Position numbers and translations under genes: made by a program. DNA of 64,000 nucleotides from Podarcis muralis (Eukaryota): the NCBI RefSeq assembly GCF_964188315.1, contig NC_135655.1, positions 52,514,001-52,578,000 on the forward strand, given 5' to 3'. Positions 1 to 12,210 of the stretch are shown here, one piece after another. Under the pieces are notes generated by a model. That model was not told the origin of the DNA. It saw nothing but the letters and a program-made list of their open reading frames with translations, and did not search any database. How positions within the stretch are numbered: position 1 is the first letter of the stretch; each line of letters begins with the position of its first letter.

Positions 1-339
1 ACTCAAAAGCCATCATTACATGCTCTCTTCCCCCTGGAGCTGGTGCGCACAAGCCCTCATTCTGAGCAAGCACTTCTAACACCCAATTACTCATACTTAA
101 CCCCCTAGAACGGAATCCAAGGCAGCTCCAGCAAACCATTCATCTTTGCGGAGGAGAAACCTTTTAAAGTCCCTGCTCCGCAGCCATTCTGTTTATTGTT
201 AAGATGAGCACATGGGTTACACGAACTGTTCTTATTTATCTTCAGCGCTTGCCTTTTAGGTCATATGGGGGGGAGGGGGCTTGCCCGGCATTTCCCAATG
301 CTGTCTTTACCAAATTACTCTTATTTATACCCCCAAGAT

Positions 340-492
340 CCCAGCGTTATAGCTTCCAGATAGAAGATGGTGGAAGAGAAGCCCAAGAAAGGCTTCCGAA
401 GCTTCGAGAGGCCCTCCAAAGTTTGAGCCTCTTATTCCTGCAGAAGGGTGAGAATATCGCAATGGCAAAAGAAAGGTCAACGTTCTGAGGAC
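340..492 (-). other. Weak candidate exon (possible terminal exon) of an unidentified minus-strand gene
   Basis: Minus strand reads ctcac (branch-like) gtttctctttggacacatttgccacccag|GTCCTCAGAACGTTGA. Entered in phase 2 it gives ..RSSER*; entered in phase 1 it gives GPQNVDLSFAIAIFSPF..KL*. Several CpGs are retained. A plus-strand exon reading is also possible. Confidence 0.2.
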
Positions 493-654
493 CTGGGTGG
501 CAAATGTGTCCAAAGAGAAACGTGAGCAAGTACCATGCCTGTGTTTGGAGAGGGTGAATGGGAGTATTATGTGATCATACCTCTGGCTAATCTTATTTAT
601 TGCAAAAGGCTGCTTCCCATCCTCAGAGGCATTCTGCATATGCTCTATGGCACT

Positions 655-839
655 GAAGAAGAAGAAGAAGAAGAGTTTGGATTGATACACTCTGTGAAGT
701 GAGTGGGGCTGAGAGACTTCAAAGAAGTGTGACTAGCCCAAGGTCACCCAGCAGCTACATGTGGAGGAGCGGAGACGTGAACACGGTTCCCCAGATTACG
801 AGACTACCGCTCTTAACCACTACACCACACTGGCTCTCC
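655..839 (-). mobile_element. tRNA/CORE SINE, Squam3B-like, internally deleted, with (CTT)n tail
   Basis: Reverse complement begins GGAGAGCCAGTGTGGTGTAGTGGTTAAGAGC (A box), contains CORE-like GCTGGGTGACCTTGGGCTAGTCAC, and ends ATCCAAACTCTTCTTCTTC. Confidence 0.8.
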
Positions 840-1524
840 ACAGTTTTAAAAACTGTGTCCAGTTTTTAAAAAACCAGACACTGTTACCTTTAGCAAAGAG
901 AAGAAACATTTTGTGCATGTTCACGGGCACTTTGATATTAACTTCTTTAAAACAAAGTAATATTGGAGAAAGCACTGCTTAGAGGCACTATATATATCAA
1001 CATAAGAAGAGGAGGAGGAGGAGGAGAAGGAGGAGAAGGAAGCAAGCAGCCATTCTTTAATATTTTGGGGTGCAATATGCAGTGGCGGGTAGCTTATGCA
1101 GCTCTTGTCCTTTTCTGAGTAAACCTGGAAGTAGAAGGCTTGGCAACATCAACAAAGTGATCATGAGTCTCCAAAGTGCTAGCTGTGTCCATACTGTCTA
1201 CACCAAGGATGGTGAAGCTTTCTTTGGCCCAGTGCCATATCTAAGCAACCTTCTGAGGACCACAAGCTGGTAGTGAGTGGGGCCATGGGCAAAAACAGTA
1301 GGCCAACAAATATAGTTTACATTTATCCAGTGAGGCCCTTCTCTGCTCTCCATCCAGGGGAAGGAAGAGGCACAATCAGAGTTTGAGGACACATTTCAGC
1401 TGGGTAAAATATAATCAAGGAAGGTATGAAACAGGGCTGATTAGGCGTGTGGCCCAGGAGAGGGCCAGATAGGCTGAGAGGTCCACTTCTGATCTCCCTG
1501 GGTCTAAGGATGTACTGCACATCC

Positions 1525-1630
1525 CTGGTCCACACTACCTGGCAGTGGCTCTCCCAGCCCAACCTACAAATGCTATGAATCGAACTTGGTACCTTTTGCA
1601 TGCAAGGCGGCTGCTATACCACGAAGCTCC
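1525..1630 (-). mobile_element. Degenerate tRNA-derived SINE (Squam2-like)
   Basis: Reverse complement GTGGTATAG..TTGCATGCAAAAGGTACCAAGTTCGATTC..GGGCTGGGAGAGCCACTGCCAG resembles the copy at 17129. Confidence 0.55.
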
Positions 1631-1931
1631 ATTGTATGGGGATAAATAACACAGTAAGAGGAGGAACTGATTCAGACAGATGTTGTGAGAGGATACAGGT
1701 GGGTAAGACTCACACCTGGGACGTAATGCTTTGTTAAAGTTAAATAAAACAGAAATCCTGTTGAAGGAAAGGAAGAAACATCAGTGTTAATCATCAGATA
1801 AAGGGAAAGAGCTTCAATAGTGCCCCTTAGGAGGGCAGGAACCATATGGTATGATAATAAAAATACCCAACCTTTATACAGCATGTGTGAAGTAATTCAA
1901 GTGTTTCTCTTACCTGAGCTCAGTAACCTTC

Positions 1932-2447
1932 AATAATAATAATAATTTATTATTTATACCCAGCCCATCTGGCTGGGTTTTCCCAGCCACTCTGGGCGGC
2001 TTCCAACCGAATATTAAAAACAATACAGCATCAAACATTAAAAACTTCCCTAAACAGGGCCACCTTCAGCTGTCTTTTAAAAGTAAAATAGTTGCTTATT
2101 TCCTTGACATCTGATGGGAGGGTATTCCACAGGGCGGGCACCACTACAAAGAAGGCCCTCTGCCTGGTTCCCTGTAACCTCACTTCTGGGGGAGGAAGGG
2201 AAAGGAGATTGTTAGCCGCTTTGAGACTCCTGAAGGGGAGTGAAAGGCGGGATATCAAATCCAAACTCTTCTCTTCTTCTTCTTCTGGCAGCGAGGGAAC
2301 CACCAGAAGGCCCTCAGTGCTGGACCTCAGTGTCCGGGCAGAACGATGGGGGAGGAGACGCTCCTTCAGGTGTACAGGACAGAGGACATTTAGGGCTTTA
2401 CAGGTCAGCACCAACACTTTGAATTGTGCTCAGAAGTGTACCGGGAG
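1932..2447 (-). mobile_element. 5'-truncated L2-type LINE 3' end, interrupted by a SINE fragment
   Basis: ORF 2031..2417 (HLKERLLPHRSARTLRSS..LWNTLPSDVKEISNYFTFKRQLK) matches the L2 copy at 27655-28368. (AAT)n tail at 1932. Confidence 0.9.
2188..2286 (+). mobile_element. 3' fragment of Squam3B-like SINE inserted into the L2
   Basis: GGAAGGGAAAGGAGATTGTTAGCCGCTTTGAGACTCC..ATATCAAATCCAAACTC(TTC)n splits L2 sequence that is contiguous at ~27800. Same tail as the SINE at 655. Confidence 0.75.
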
Positions 2448-3183
2448 CGTATTATTTGTTAGGTAAGATGCCCAAGGACACTTTTCTGATTTTACACAGG
2501 GATATGGGAAATACAGAAACACATGGTTTACCCTTGATGCTGCTGCTTGTGTATGCACATTTACATTTGATTGTGTTGGATTCTACATATTTATTAATTT
2601 TTCTTAGCCACTTTGAAGGTTTTTTTTGTTTTGTTTTGCAAAACAGAATGCCAAAGTTTAGTGACTTAAATAAATTCCAGAGAGATTCTAAAATACGGTA
2701 CATTAATCGTTGCACAATCCATGATGTGGAATGAGACAATTGCCTCAGGTGGTGGGTGTGAGGGGCAGCAAATTGCCACCCCATGAAGAATTTTTAACAT
2801 TCTGGTGGTCCCAAAAGCTTGCTCTCTACTTTGTGATGTTTTGGTTGGTGATAAGAAAGGAATTTTTCAAAAGGACATTGCCACTCTAGCCCTTAGCCCT
2901 ATATGGAACCTCTGTTGGCAACCCCTTTCTCTGTTTCGCTTATTTGGTGCCATGCAAAGGACTGGCAAATAGCACCTCAGGAGATGATGCCCTCAATCCC
3001 TCTGTGAAATAAATGGTGGTTCATGATTGCTTTCCATCCCTTCTACACTGGGTAGACTTACACTGTAGCGTGTTGCATGTAAGATGGAGATCTCTGCACA
3101 TGTGATCACCACAAATTAACACACTGCAGTAAAAGCTCATAAAGATGAAACACCATGTAATATACTGCCACCACACAATCTTA

Positions 3184-3225
3184 TCTGTAACAAAGATCTA
3201 GTGGCGACCAGATCTTTGTTACAGA
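3184..3225. repeat. Perfect 16-bp inverted repeat with 10-nt spacer
   Basis: TCTGTAACAAAGATCT-agtggcgacc-AGATCTTTGTTACAGA. Confidence 0.95.
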
Positions 3226-4232
3226 AATGACAGCTCAGCTGAGAGAAGGCAGACAGGGAGAGAACTTTTAAAAGTAAAAAGAAGAAGTTGTGCTTTTCAT
3301 AGGGTTTCCTATAGTGGGGATTTCACGTAACTTTCCTCCTTGTCTTTGGGACTGGTATGAACATGATTGCTATAGTATAAGCCTGCATCAGTACTATTGA
3401 ATTGACACCCATCTACATCTATCACATATATATCATGGTTTGGGGAGTTATACTTGTCACTAGCTATAACTCAAGCTTTTATTATAATCATGACCATATG
3501 GTTAATGGGACTTAATAAACCACGGCTGACCTGGGCTCTGCATCACAAATCTCCCCCTTCTGCCTTCCCCTGCCCAGCTTATCGCTACATGATCTGCAGA
3601 GCAACTGCAATTTAATGATGTCAAATGGCTGGCATGTCACATTTTCACTGGCCATTTACTAAATAATGGAGAAGAAATAAAGTGCCTCCAATCCAAAAGT
3701 GCCAGAGGTGACTGATAGCTGGCTTGTGTATTGTATAAAAACACGTCCAAGTAAATCTGACCAGGAAACAAAAAGAAGACCACTTTCCAAATGATTTCAG
3801 GCAACTTGTTGGTGAACATTCATAATACACTTCTTATGAGTGGAGGGAACCATGTCAGACACAGTATGTGCTTCTACACCAGTTGCTACAAATTACAAGT
3901 TGGGTGAGTGCTGTTGCTCTCAGATGCTGTTTGAGGGCTTCCCATAGTGGCTGAACTGGACGGGTCTTTGGTCTTATTCAGCCTGACTCTTCTTATGTTC
4001 ATACCCTGCCAATAATTTTCTGTTGAGAATATTAACAAATAAGGGATGTAAAGACATTGACTTGTATTGCTGATTAACAGATAGAAAGGATAAATGTTGG
4101 CACCATACAGTGAACACACATATAATCATAGTATTTATGCAAGTGCTAACATGTTTTTTTTCTGAATAAAAAAGGTGTATGGAAACCTCTCCCCCAGACC
4201 CTGTGATTGGTTAATTTATTTGTATGCATGAG

Positions 4233-4360
4233 TCTCCCACAACCTAGTGCTTTCCAGATGTTTTGCACTACTACTTCCATTTCATTTCTGACAATTGGCC
4301 AGGCTGGCTGGGGTTGATAGGAATTGTAGTTCAAAACACCTGGGAAGCAGGCTGGGGCAG
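4233..4360. mobile_element. Degenerate palindromic hAT-type MITE (GACTACAACTCCC..GGGAGTTGTAGTC family)
   Basis: CCAGATGTTTTGCACTACTACTTCC..GGAATTGTAGTTCAAAACACCTGG; same family as 6099, 11112, 18716 and 30322. Confidence 0.65.
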
Positions 4361-6098
4361 AGTAATATCCATTCTATTCAAAGTCTTAGTAAGCAGTTAC
4401 CCCTTATTTATATCTACTGGACAGGATCATTCCTAGTTACACACACACACACACACACACCAGCACCACCATTTCCAATGCACAATTCCATGTTAGTGGA
4501 AAAACTAAATTGATGTTGTGATATTCTAGCATTGGTGGTAACATATTCCCAGCAATGCCCATGTCACAATATCCATCAGTAAGCCCAGATGACATGTAGA
4601 AGGACATGAGGAAAATTATATGATATATTTGAGAAACTCCTGTTTCCGAAATTCCAGAATCCTTTTACACTTCCACTAATCTAAAATAAAGTTTCTCTAA
4701 AGTTTCCACAGCATTAGCTAGATCTTTCAGAAGATTTCTTATACACTTTCTTTATGCTAATCAAGTGTAAAATTAAAGGCATCCTTTTTTTAAAAAATGA
4801 TACATACATTTAATATATTGAGCCACCCATGTAAGTATTTCTTACGGTCATAGGAGCAGAATTCATTTCTAAGACTCTACAGATGTGAAAGCCAGGTAGT
4901 ATCCTGGATTATATCCTATTGAACATAAGTAGGTTTTGAACTAATTCTGTGTAGGACATCCATTTCCATGTCAGCTATTACACCCTTTTAAAGTTTTGGT
5001 GTTAGTGTTTTCTTTCATAGTTGTTGTTCTTTGCCTACTTAAGATATTTCAGTATCTTTTTTAATTGTGAGCGTTTCTCTATCTACCTCCACCTTCCCTT
5101 GCTATCTCTAACATAACCCTCTTGGCATTATATTATCAGTGCCTGTCTCACAAAGATGAAAATCCTTCCTCTTGGAGTATAATTGCTGTATTGAAGCAAC
5201 TATATGCAATTAACAGTGCAATTGTTTGCTGCTATCCTCAGATCCAGCAAAGATCTGGGTGGTTTGATCATGTCTGCTCACTGACATTTTCCTTGGACAG
5301 TCAGAAGATATCATTCTTAACCAATCTGAATATAATCGTGTGAAGGATCAACACAAGGCAGGCAAAAGAGGGTAGTAGTGATTTTACTATAAGAATGCAC
5401 TGTACTAAACAAAATGTCAGCTGCTGATATACAATGCTGTCCCAAGAGAGGGACATTTTCCTACTTTTCCTGGTCATGTGCAGAACATTGGCAATCACAC
5501 AGGAAGCAACCATTCAGTCCAACATTTAACAGATACCTTCCATGCTAAGTATTGTTGCCCCAGGAGAAGAGATCTAGGAGGGCTCCTAAGTGCTATGTGC
5601 ATGGAGCTTGCCCAAAGGACCTCAAAGCATGTGTGCTATTCAATTTCCAGTTGCTGGCTGCCTGCTTTTTCTTTCTTTCTTTTTAACAAAGCCAGCTGCA
5701 CCAATGTGGTTCTGGTCAGAAAAGCAAGTGTCAAAACCCAGACCTGGAAGACGCACACAAATCGTCAGTCACTTTGTGTAATGAAACACGTCTTTATTGT
5801 GCTGGGGAAGCTGTTTTTGCTGCCTAAATGTTGGGTCCTTTCTTTTATCTCCCCACCCCCTTCTACGAATAAGACACGGTGCAGCACTGACCCCTGCTTC
5901 AATGAAAAGTGGTAGTCCATTAAGATGTGTTTCATTATTTAAATGCAGCCGAGCACCTGTGTGCCTCAAACGGCTTGCCTTTGCGAAGTTGGCACTGACA
6001 GCCCAGGATTGGCCTGAGGCAAATGCTGTGATATGAGCATCCTCCAGCTAAAATGGAGTTCAGGCTGAGATATTGCAGCCATCTTTCATTCCTTAAGG

Positions 6099-6236
6099 CA
6101 GCCTTCCCCCAGGCTGGTGCCCTCCAGAAGTTTAGGACTGCAACTCTCACAGTCTCTGACCCTTTGCCACTCTGGCTGGGGCTGATGGGAGCTGTAGTTC
6201 AAAACTTCTGCAGGACACTGGGTTCAAGGAAGGCTG
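6099..6236. mobile_element. Palindromic hAT-type MITE
   Basis: TIR CAGCCTTCC..GGAAGGCTG with an internal inverted GGACTGCAACTC / GAGCTGTAGTTC pair. Confidence 0.75.
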
Positions 6237-6460
6237 CTCAAAGACAATGGACCCAACAGCACCCAGGACCGCTCTTTTGACCACACTCTATTGCCTCAGC
6301 CCTTCAGCCATTCTTGTGACTCAGAAAAAAAACAACCCCAGAGCTGCTCTGTGTGGCTTGTTGGCTTCAAAGCAGTGGCAGACATTGGGCTGTCAAATTT
6401 CACCAGCACCCTGTGTGACACCAAAATTCAGTGCCCCACTGCCTCTCATGCTCCCTTCTA

Positions 6461-6839
6461 GGTAAGGTAAAGGACCCCTGGACAGTTAAGTCTAGTCAAA
6501 GGCAACTATGGGGTGTGGCGCTCATCTTGCTTCAGGCTGAGGGAGCCTGAGTTTGTCTGCAGATAGCTTTCTGGGTCATGTGGCCAGCATGACTAAACCA
6601 CTTCTGGCACAACGGAACACCGTGATGGAAGCCAGAGCGCACAGAAACACTATTTACCTTCCCATCAAAGCAGTACTTATTTACCTACTTGCACTGATGT
6701 GCTTTCAAATTGCGAGGTTGGCAGGAGCTGGGACAAAAGCAACAGGCGCTCACCCTGTCGTGTGGATTCAAACTTCCGACCTTAGGATGAGCAAGCTCAA
6801 GAGGCTTGGTGGTTTAGACCACAGCACCACCCGTGTCCC
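6461..6839 (-). mobile_element. Sauria SINE (Squam1), full length
   Basis: GGTAAGGTAAAGGACCCCTG tail; GGTCATGTGGCCAGCATGACT and TATTTACCTACTTGCAC body; tRNA-like head ending CCACCCGTGTCCC. Imperfect TSD gctcccttcta/gcttcattcta. Confidence 0.92.
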
Positions 6840-6964
6840 GCTTCATTCTACAGCATTGTTGTGGCACCCCCTGCAGTGCAGCAGCCAGTGTGGCCTAACT
6901 GGTTGCATTTCCCTGAAACCGCCTCTGTTCAAAGGCAAAGGCAATCCATCTCCAGATCATGGTA

Positions 6965-7206
6965 CAGTGGTACCTCGGGTTAAGAACTCAATTTGTTCCG
7001 GAGGTCCGTTCTTAACCTGAAACTGTTCTTAACCTGAGGTACCACTTTAGCTAAAGGGGCCTCCCGCTGCCGCCACGCCACCACCGCACGATTTCTGTTC
7101 TCATTCTGAGGTAAAGTTCTTAACCTGAGGTACTACTTCTGAGTTAGCGGAGTCTGTAACCCGAAATGTTTGTAATCCGAGGTGTTTGTAACCCAAGGTA
7201 CCACTG
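6965..7206. mobile_element. Tigger/pogo-type (Tc1/mariner superfamily) MITE
   Basis: TA|CAGTGGTACCTCGGGTTA ... TAACCCAAGGTACCACTG|TA; inverse copy at 44317. Confidence 0.9.
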
Positions 7207-7399
7207 TACTCCACAGAATCAAAGCAACAGGGAAAAAAAGAACATAAGCCTTTCTCATCCACAACTTTTCCCCCATAGCAGGATTATCTGTCCACCAGCA
7301 ACCTCAGTCCATGAATTTCAGGTTATTGTCTGTCACAAGCAAAGAGGAGAAAGACTGCAGAAAGATTCTGAGGGAACAAACATCTTGAAAAGACCTATA

Positions 7400-7490
7400 G
7401 CACAATCCTAACTACGCCTATGCAAGCATAAGTAATACTGAATTCAGAGGGGCTTATTTCCAGCAAAGTGCCATTAGGATTGCAACCATA
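7400..7490. mobile_element. Short degenerate palindromic MITE (GCAATCCTA..TAGGATTGC family)
   Basis: GCACAATCCTA..TAGGATTGCA termini; a related copy lies at ~8052-8140. Confidence 0.55.
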
Positions 7491-10400
7491 GACACTGACC
7501 AAGAGCACATTCCTCAGAAAAGTACAACCTCTTTCACTCACCTTGCTGGCCTGAGGGAAAATTTATTCCCGAAACCCAGGTTCCCATCCTTCAAAGGAAA
7601 TGTAACTGGGTCCATTTCTGCACCAACAGTAACCCTGTTCCTAGTTGACACCTTTCCAATGCCAAAGAGTCGCAACATAAAGAAATAGCACAATATTCTT
7701 GGTGAGGTTCTGGAAATATTTTTGCTCTGACACTCTTCTTATTTCAAAATTGCATTCATTAGCATACAATTTGCAGCCACTGACTCTTGTCCCTGCGGCC
7801 TTCTTTAAACGAAACCAAAGTATCTCAATTAGTTATAGCACCTATTTGGACTTATCTAATGTCCTGTAAATGTAGTGTGCTCTCATGTCTCTTCTAAGGT
7901 TTATTCCCCCCCCCCCCCAATATTTAAAGAGGGACTAGATGCAAGTCAACTAAAGAATGCGGCTATTGATTGATGAGGGTTTAATGTCCTCTTTCTGCTT
8001 ATTGTACAAAAGCAAATCAGTTTTGCTGCTGCTCCTGCTGCTGTCACCTAAGGGTGCAGTGCTATACACACTTACGTGTGCATTCAATTAATGCAATGGT
8101 GTTTATTTCTCAGTAGACATGTACAGAATTGCACTGTAAGCCTGGCCCCTGCTCAGATCCTCTGCCTGCCACACTGAGGCTGCTTAAGACAGGCACTCAC
8201 CTGCCTGCTTGCCTGCTTGCTCTTGGTAGTTCTGTTTAGTTTAGATAGCAGTTAGTCTTTGTGCCTTTTACATTGCTGTAAAATAGGAACCCTTTGTCAT
8301 TTCTTACTATATAATAGGAATCCTCTGTGATAGCTCAGAATGACTGAAATTTATTCCAATAAGATCACAAGCACAGAGGTTACTAGCACGAGAAAAGCAA
8401 CTGGGTTTCTCACTGAAAGCAATGGGAAGTTGACAGGTTGCCCTCTAATTTTTTAATTCCCCCAACCTGTTTGATATTTGGCAGATCTGACGCCTTGAAA
8501 TAGTGATAAGGTGCCTGAAAATGTTGTGCAATTTGGATGGAAACTACCAAAGTTGCCAACAGTGGAAGGCTGACAGGGCATCCCACTGAAATTAATGGCG
8601 TGCAAATCAGAGTTAAGAAAACAACTGAACAATGTTGAATTAGTAACAAAATGAATGTAATTCTAAACAATGTGTAACAAAATCATTATTTCTCCCTGGC
8701 CCACTCCTAATTTGCAGTCACCATTTTATCTATTGGACTCTTGTTGAGAGGCACCACCTAGTCTACAGGAGAGATAAATTATGTAAGCTAAACAAAATAA
8801 ATATGGGAACAGGGTTTGAGGCAGCTATACATATAGAGGAAGAGGACAGTGTGAGGACTGGACCAGAGACCAGAGTATTTCTCAGAGCTTTATAATTCTA
8901 CAATTTAAGACTATCACAAGTCCTTAAAGTCATTTCAACAAAACATAAACGCCCCCCCCCAATTACTGTTATTTCTAAAATGTAGCTCATACATATACTC
9001 TCTAATATTCTTTGAGTTCTGCCAGATTAAAGGAAAACTCCAGAACAAAGATGGGATCTGATTTAGTGGTTGAGACAGCAGAACTTAATTTGCTCTCAGG
9101 GGTAAGACTCTTCCAAATAAGTCATGAACCACAGCAAATAAACTTTGTTGAAGTAGCAATACCTTTGGGAAAATTCATCATATATATTAATATTCCATTC
9201 TCCAAGTGACAAAAGGTATACAGCCAAAACAGCCATCCAGCCAGCAGAGGGAAGTAGCAGCCGGCTTGGGAGAAACCTCAAAGTTTGCAAAAGGACAAAA
9301 TACATTTTTTTTAAGGGTAGTAAATCAATATCCGATTGAGGACTGAGCATGCTCGGTGGACCCCAAATGCTGACTGACTGGGGGTGGAAACTGAGTGGAG
9401 TAGGGAGAATGGAGTATTCTGAAAAAGAGCATGATAGGCTGGCTGGAATCCTGAAGAGAAGACTCCATACTGCAATGTTTAGTTGCAAATCCCACTTGCT
9501 TTAGATTCCTCCACTGCATTTTGGTTTGCTAATGGTTCCTATACCTGGCCTGTCTTTATTGATGCGCTGCTACATCATGTGAAATCATGGCAATCTGTAG
9601 CATCCTCAACACTGACACATTGCAAGAAAAGCAGTGGCTATTGTTTGCTTAAAACAATGTAATGAATATCTTACTTTCTGCAAGAAGGGCTAACTAAGGA
9701 ATCAAGTTGCCAATTTCTATGATACTGAAAGACCCAGTAATAAACTCAATTGGGATAGAAAACACTGGTAATCCTTTCTGGGATGACCTAACTTTATTTC
9801 AATCTCTACTTATATCCTGTTGAAGTAGAACTCCTGTAATTTCCAGTTATGGGAGACGGCCTTGAGGACAGCTTGCATATGTAGAAAAATATTTTTTACT
9901 TTCATAGAAGTGCTGATTTGCGGGAGGGCGCAACAACATTCTGCGCGGCATCCCACACGTCATCCAAGCAACCTTCGCAACTTGACATTCCCCCTTTTTC
10001 ACCACAGGGAGGAGCTCGCACTGCTTCGGTCTAGGGCTACACCTCTGCTGCTGCCTGGGCAGATGTAATGCCTCTGAAGGAAACGTAGAAAGAATATTTT
10101 CTCTGCACTGCTAAATCGATAATAAAGCAAAGCATGCAGAGGGGACAGGCTGTTAATGGGTGATTCATGGCTCTTGGGTCAACGAGGTTAAAGATTCTCA
10201 TCTGAAGAGGATTAGATTTTTCTTCAGAGTCTCCTGTGCCTCCAGCCTTTCCTTGTAGCTTTTGGAGTCTAGCAACCTGCTTCAGGCCTGCCTTGTTATC
10301 CTTCCCTATCACCATAAAATTCCCTCTTGTGTTATAGCATGAATGAAGGGGGAACGAGAAAGCAGAGGTCTGACTCAGGCAGAGCTTATGGCATATGGAT

Positions 10401-10519
10401 GGACAGGGGGAAAGAGAGAAATCCCTCTGAAGGAAAGCAATTCTCTATAGCAAGATATTCTAACCAGATAATCCATACCCTCCAATATTTCTCCGATGGA
10501 AATAGGGACTTTCTATTCA

Positions 10520-10554
<35 letters not shown>

Positions 10555-10633
10555 TTCAGTGAAACTATCAGAGAGGATTTGTGGGATTTGTTAGCTTGAA
10601 TAACACTATTATTGTTATTGTTATTATTATTAT

Positions 10634-10784
10634 TAGTGCTTTTTTCTTAAAAAATGTTTAGGGGTACTCTCATTTTGACTCAAGAAAATCACCATTTTAT
10701 AGTTAGTAAATGGACAAAAGAAGAAAGATTCACAAAATGTTTAGGGGTATGTTTACCCCTGCGTCCCCCCAGAAAAAAGCACAG
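10634..10784. mobile_element. hAT MITE, CAGTGCTTTTTT family
   Basis: TAGTGCTTTTTT..AAAAAAGCACAG termini in an ATT microsatellite; interior matches 19739 and 57744. Confidence 0.85.
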
Positions 10785-10895
10785 ATTATTATTATAACCC
10801 CAACCACTCTGGGTGGCTTCCAACATATATAAAAACATAATAAAACATTAAACATTAAAAAAACTTCCCTATACAGGGCTGTCTACAGATGTCCC
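10785..10895 (-). mobile_element. L2 3' tail fragment
   Basis: CCACTCTGGGTGGCTTCCAAC..AAAACTTCCCTATACAGGGCTG matches the L2 ends at 1990 and 27610. Confidence 0.8.
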
Positions 10896-10919
10896 CTTGG
10901 CTAGGAGGCCAGATAACTC

Positions 10920-11007
10920 CATACCCTCCAACATTCCTCCAATGAAAACAGGGGTGCCCTAAGGAAAAGTAGAATCCAATCAGAAACTGGGACACTTGGA
11001 GGGTCTG
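10920..11007. mobile_element. Small MITE (CATACCCTCCAA..TTGGAGGGTCTG); half copy at ~10478-10512
   Basis: Inverted termini ACCCTCCAA / TTGGAGGGT. Confidence 0.6.
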
Positions 11008-11111
11008 GATAATCTATTTACCCTTAAGTAGCTAGAATTCATCTTGTAATCAATATAACATCTGTGATGCGGAATAGCATCCTTATGAAGCAGCTATAGT
11101 ATGCTCTGCAG

Positions 11112-11193
11112 CAGGCTTCCCCAAACTGGTACCATCCAGATGTTTTGGACTACAACTCCCATAAGCCCCAGCCAGCACGGCTGGGGAAGGCTG
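11112..11193. mobile_element. 82-bp hAT MITE
   Basis: TIR CAGGCTTCCCC..GGGGAAGGCTG; 8-bp TSD ctctgcag/ctctacag (7/8 match). Confidence 0.85.
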
Positions 11194-12071
11194 CTCTACA
11201 GTATATATGCTATACTATATCATATTTTATCACATAATTTTATGTCCATTCGAAACTATGATATCAATGAAAATTACTATTAGTTTATGGGCTGCGCCTG
11301 AGAGATCTATTATAAATAAAAAAAAACATATATTATTGGTTGTACTTGTTCAAACACTCTGTGTCCCCTTGCTGTGTGGAGAACATTTGTTTTGTGATGT
11401 ATATATGGGCTTTCAGTGACTCCTCTTCCTCTCTTGATCAATGTTTCAAAGTGATCTGGTTCAATATTGTCCCTTAGGTCTTTTCCTCTGACATCTGGAA
11501 TGCATGATCCATTGTTCTCAGGTTGGTGGTTAGTGGCACACATGTTTTGGCTGTTAGGTTTCCTCGTGATGCTACACATATGCAGGCATGTGCAATGTAA
11601 AAAATGCCCGCCTTTCTTTTAACATTTAGAGACGTCAATTATTACTTATTATTCTTTCATGAAAGAATAAAGCCACAGGTACTCACAAAGCGTTTATTCC
11701 AAAAAAAAATAAAAAAAATAAGTGCCCTACATGTTTTCCATCCTTTATGAGATCTTCACAAAATATTATACTGTTTGCTTCTGATGAACAGCCATGCTTA
11801 AAAGGTATAGGGTCTGTGTACCTGTGGCTTTGTTTTTCTGTACTATTGTTTGCTGGTTTGGAGGTTGTCCTTCTGGATTGCTCTTGTTAATCATTAAATA
11901 TGACCATTATGGGTCTAATAAGAAAACATGGAAGCCAAGAAAGTCACTGGGAGCAGCAGAAAAAAAACCCAAAGGAAATAGCAGTGATGGGAGAGGAGGG
12001 AAGAGACAAAGACATCAGTGAAACAATCAGAGAGGATGTTAGTTTGAATAACACTAATATCACTAATTGGT

Positions 12072-12210
12072 ATCTGAAGAGGTGTGCATGCACACAAAAG
12101 CTTATACCCAGAACAAACTTAGTTGGTCTCTAAGGTGCTACTGGACATTTTTTATTATTATTTATTTATTTCAACTGCGTCAGACCAACACAGCTACCTA
12201 CCTGATTCTA
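12072..12210 (+). mobile_element. Penelope-like element terminal fragment with hammerhead-ribozyme remnant
   Basis: CTGAAGA-g-GTGTGC-at-GCACAC-AAAA-GCTT, then AAACTTAGTTGGTCTCTAAGGTGCTACTGG..CAGACCAACACAGCTACC, recognised as a reptile Penelope end. Confidence 0.7.
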
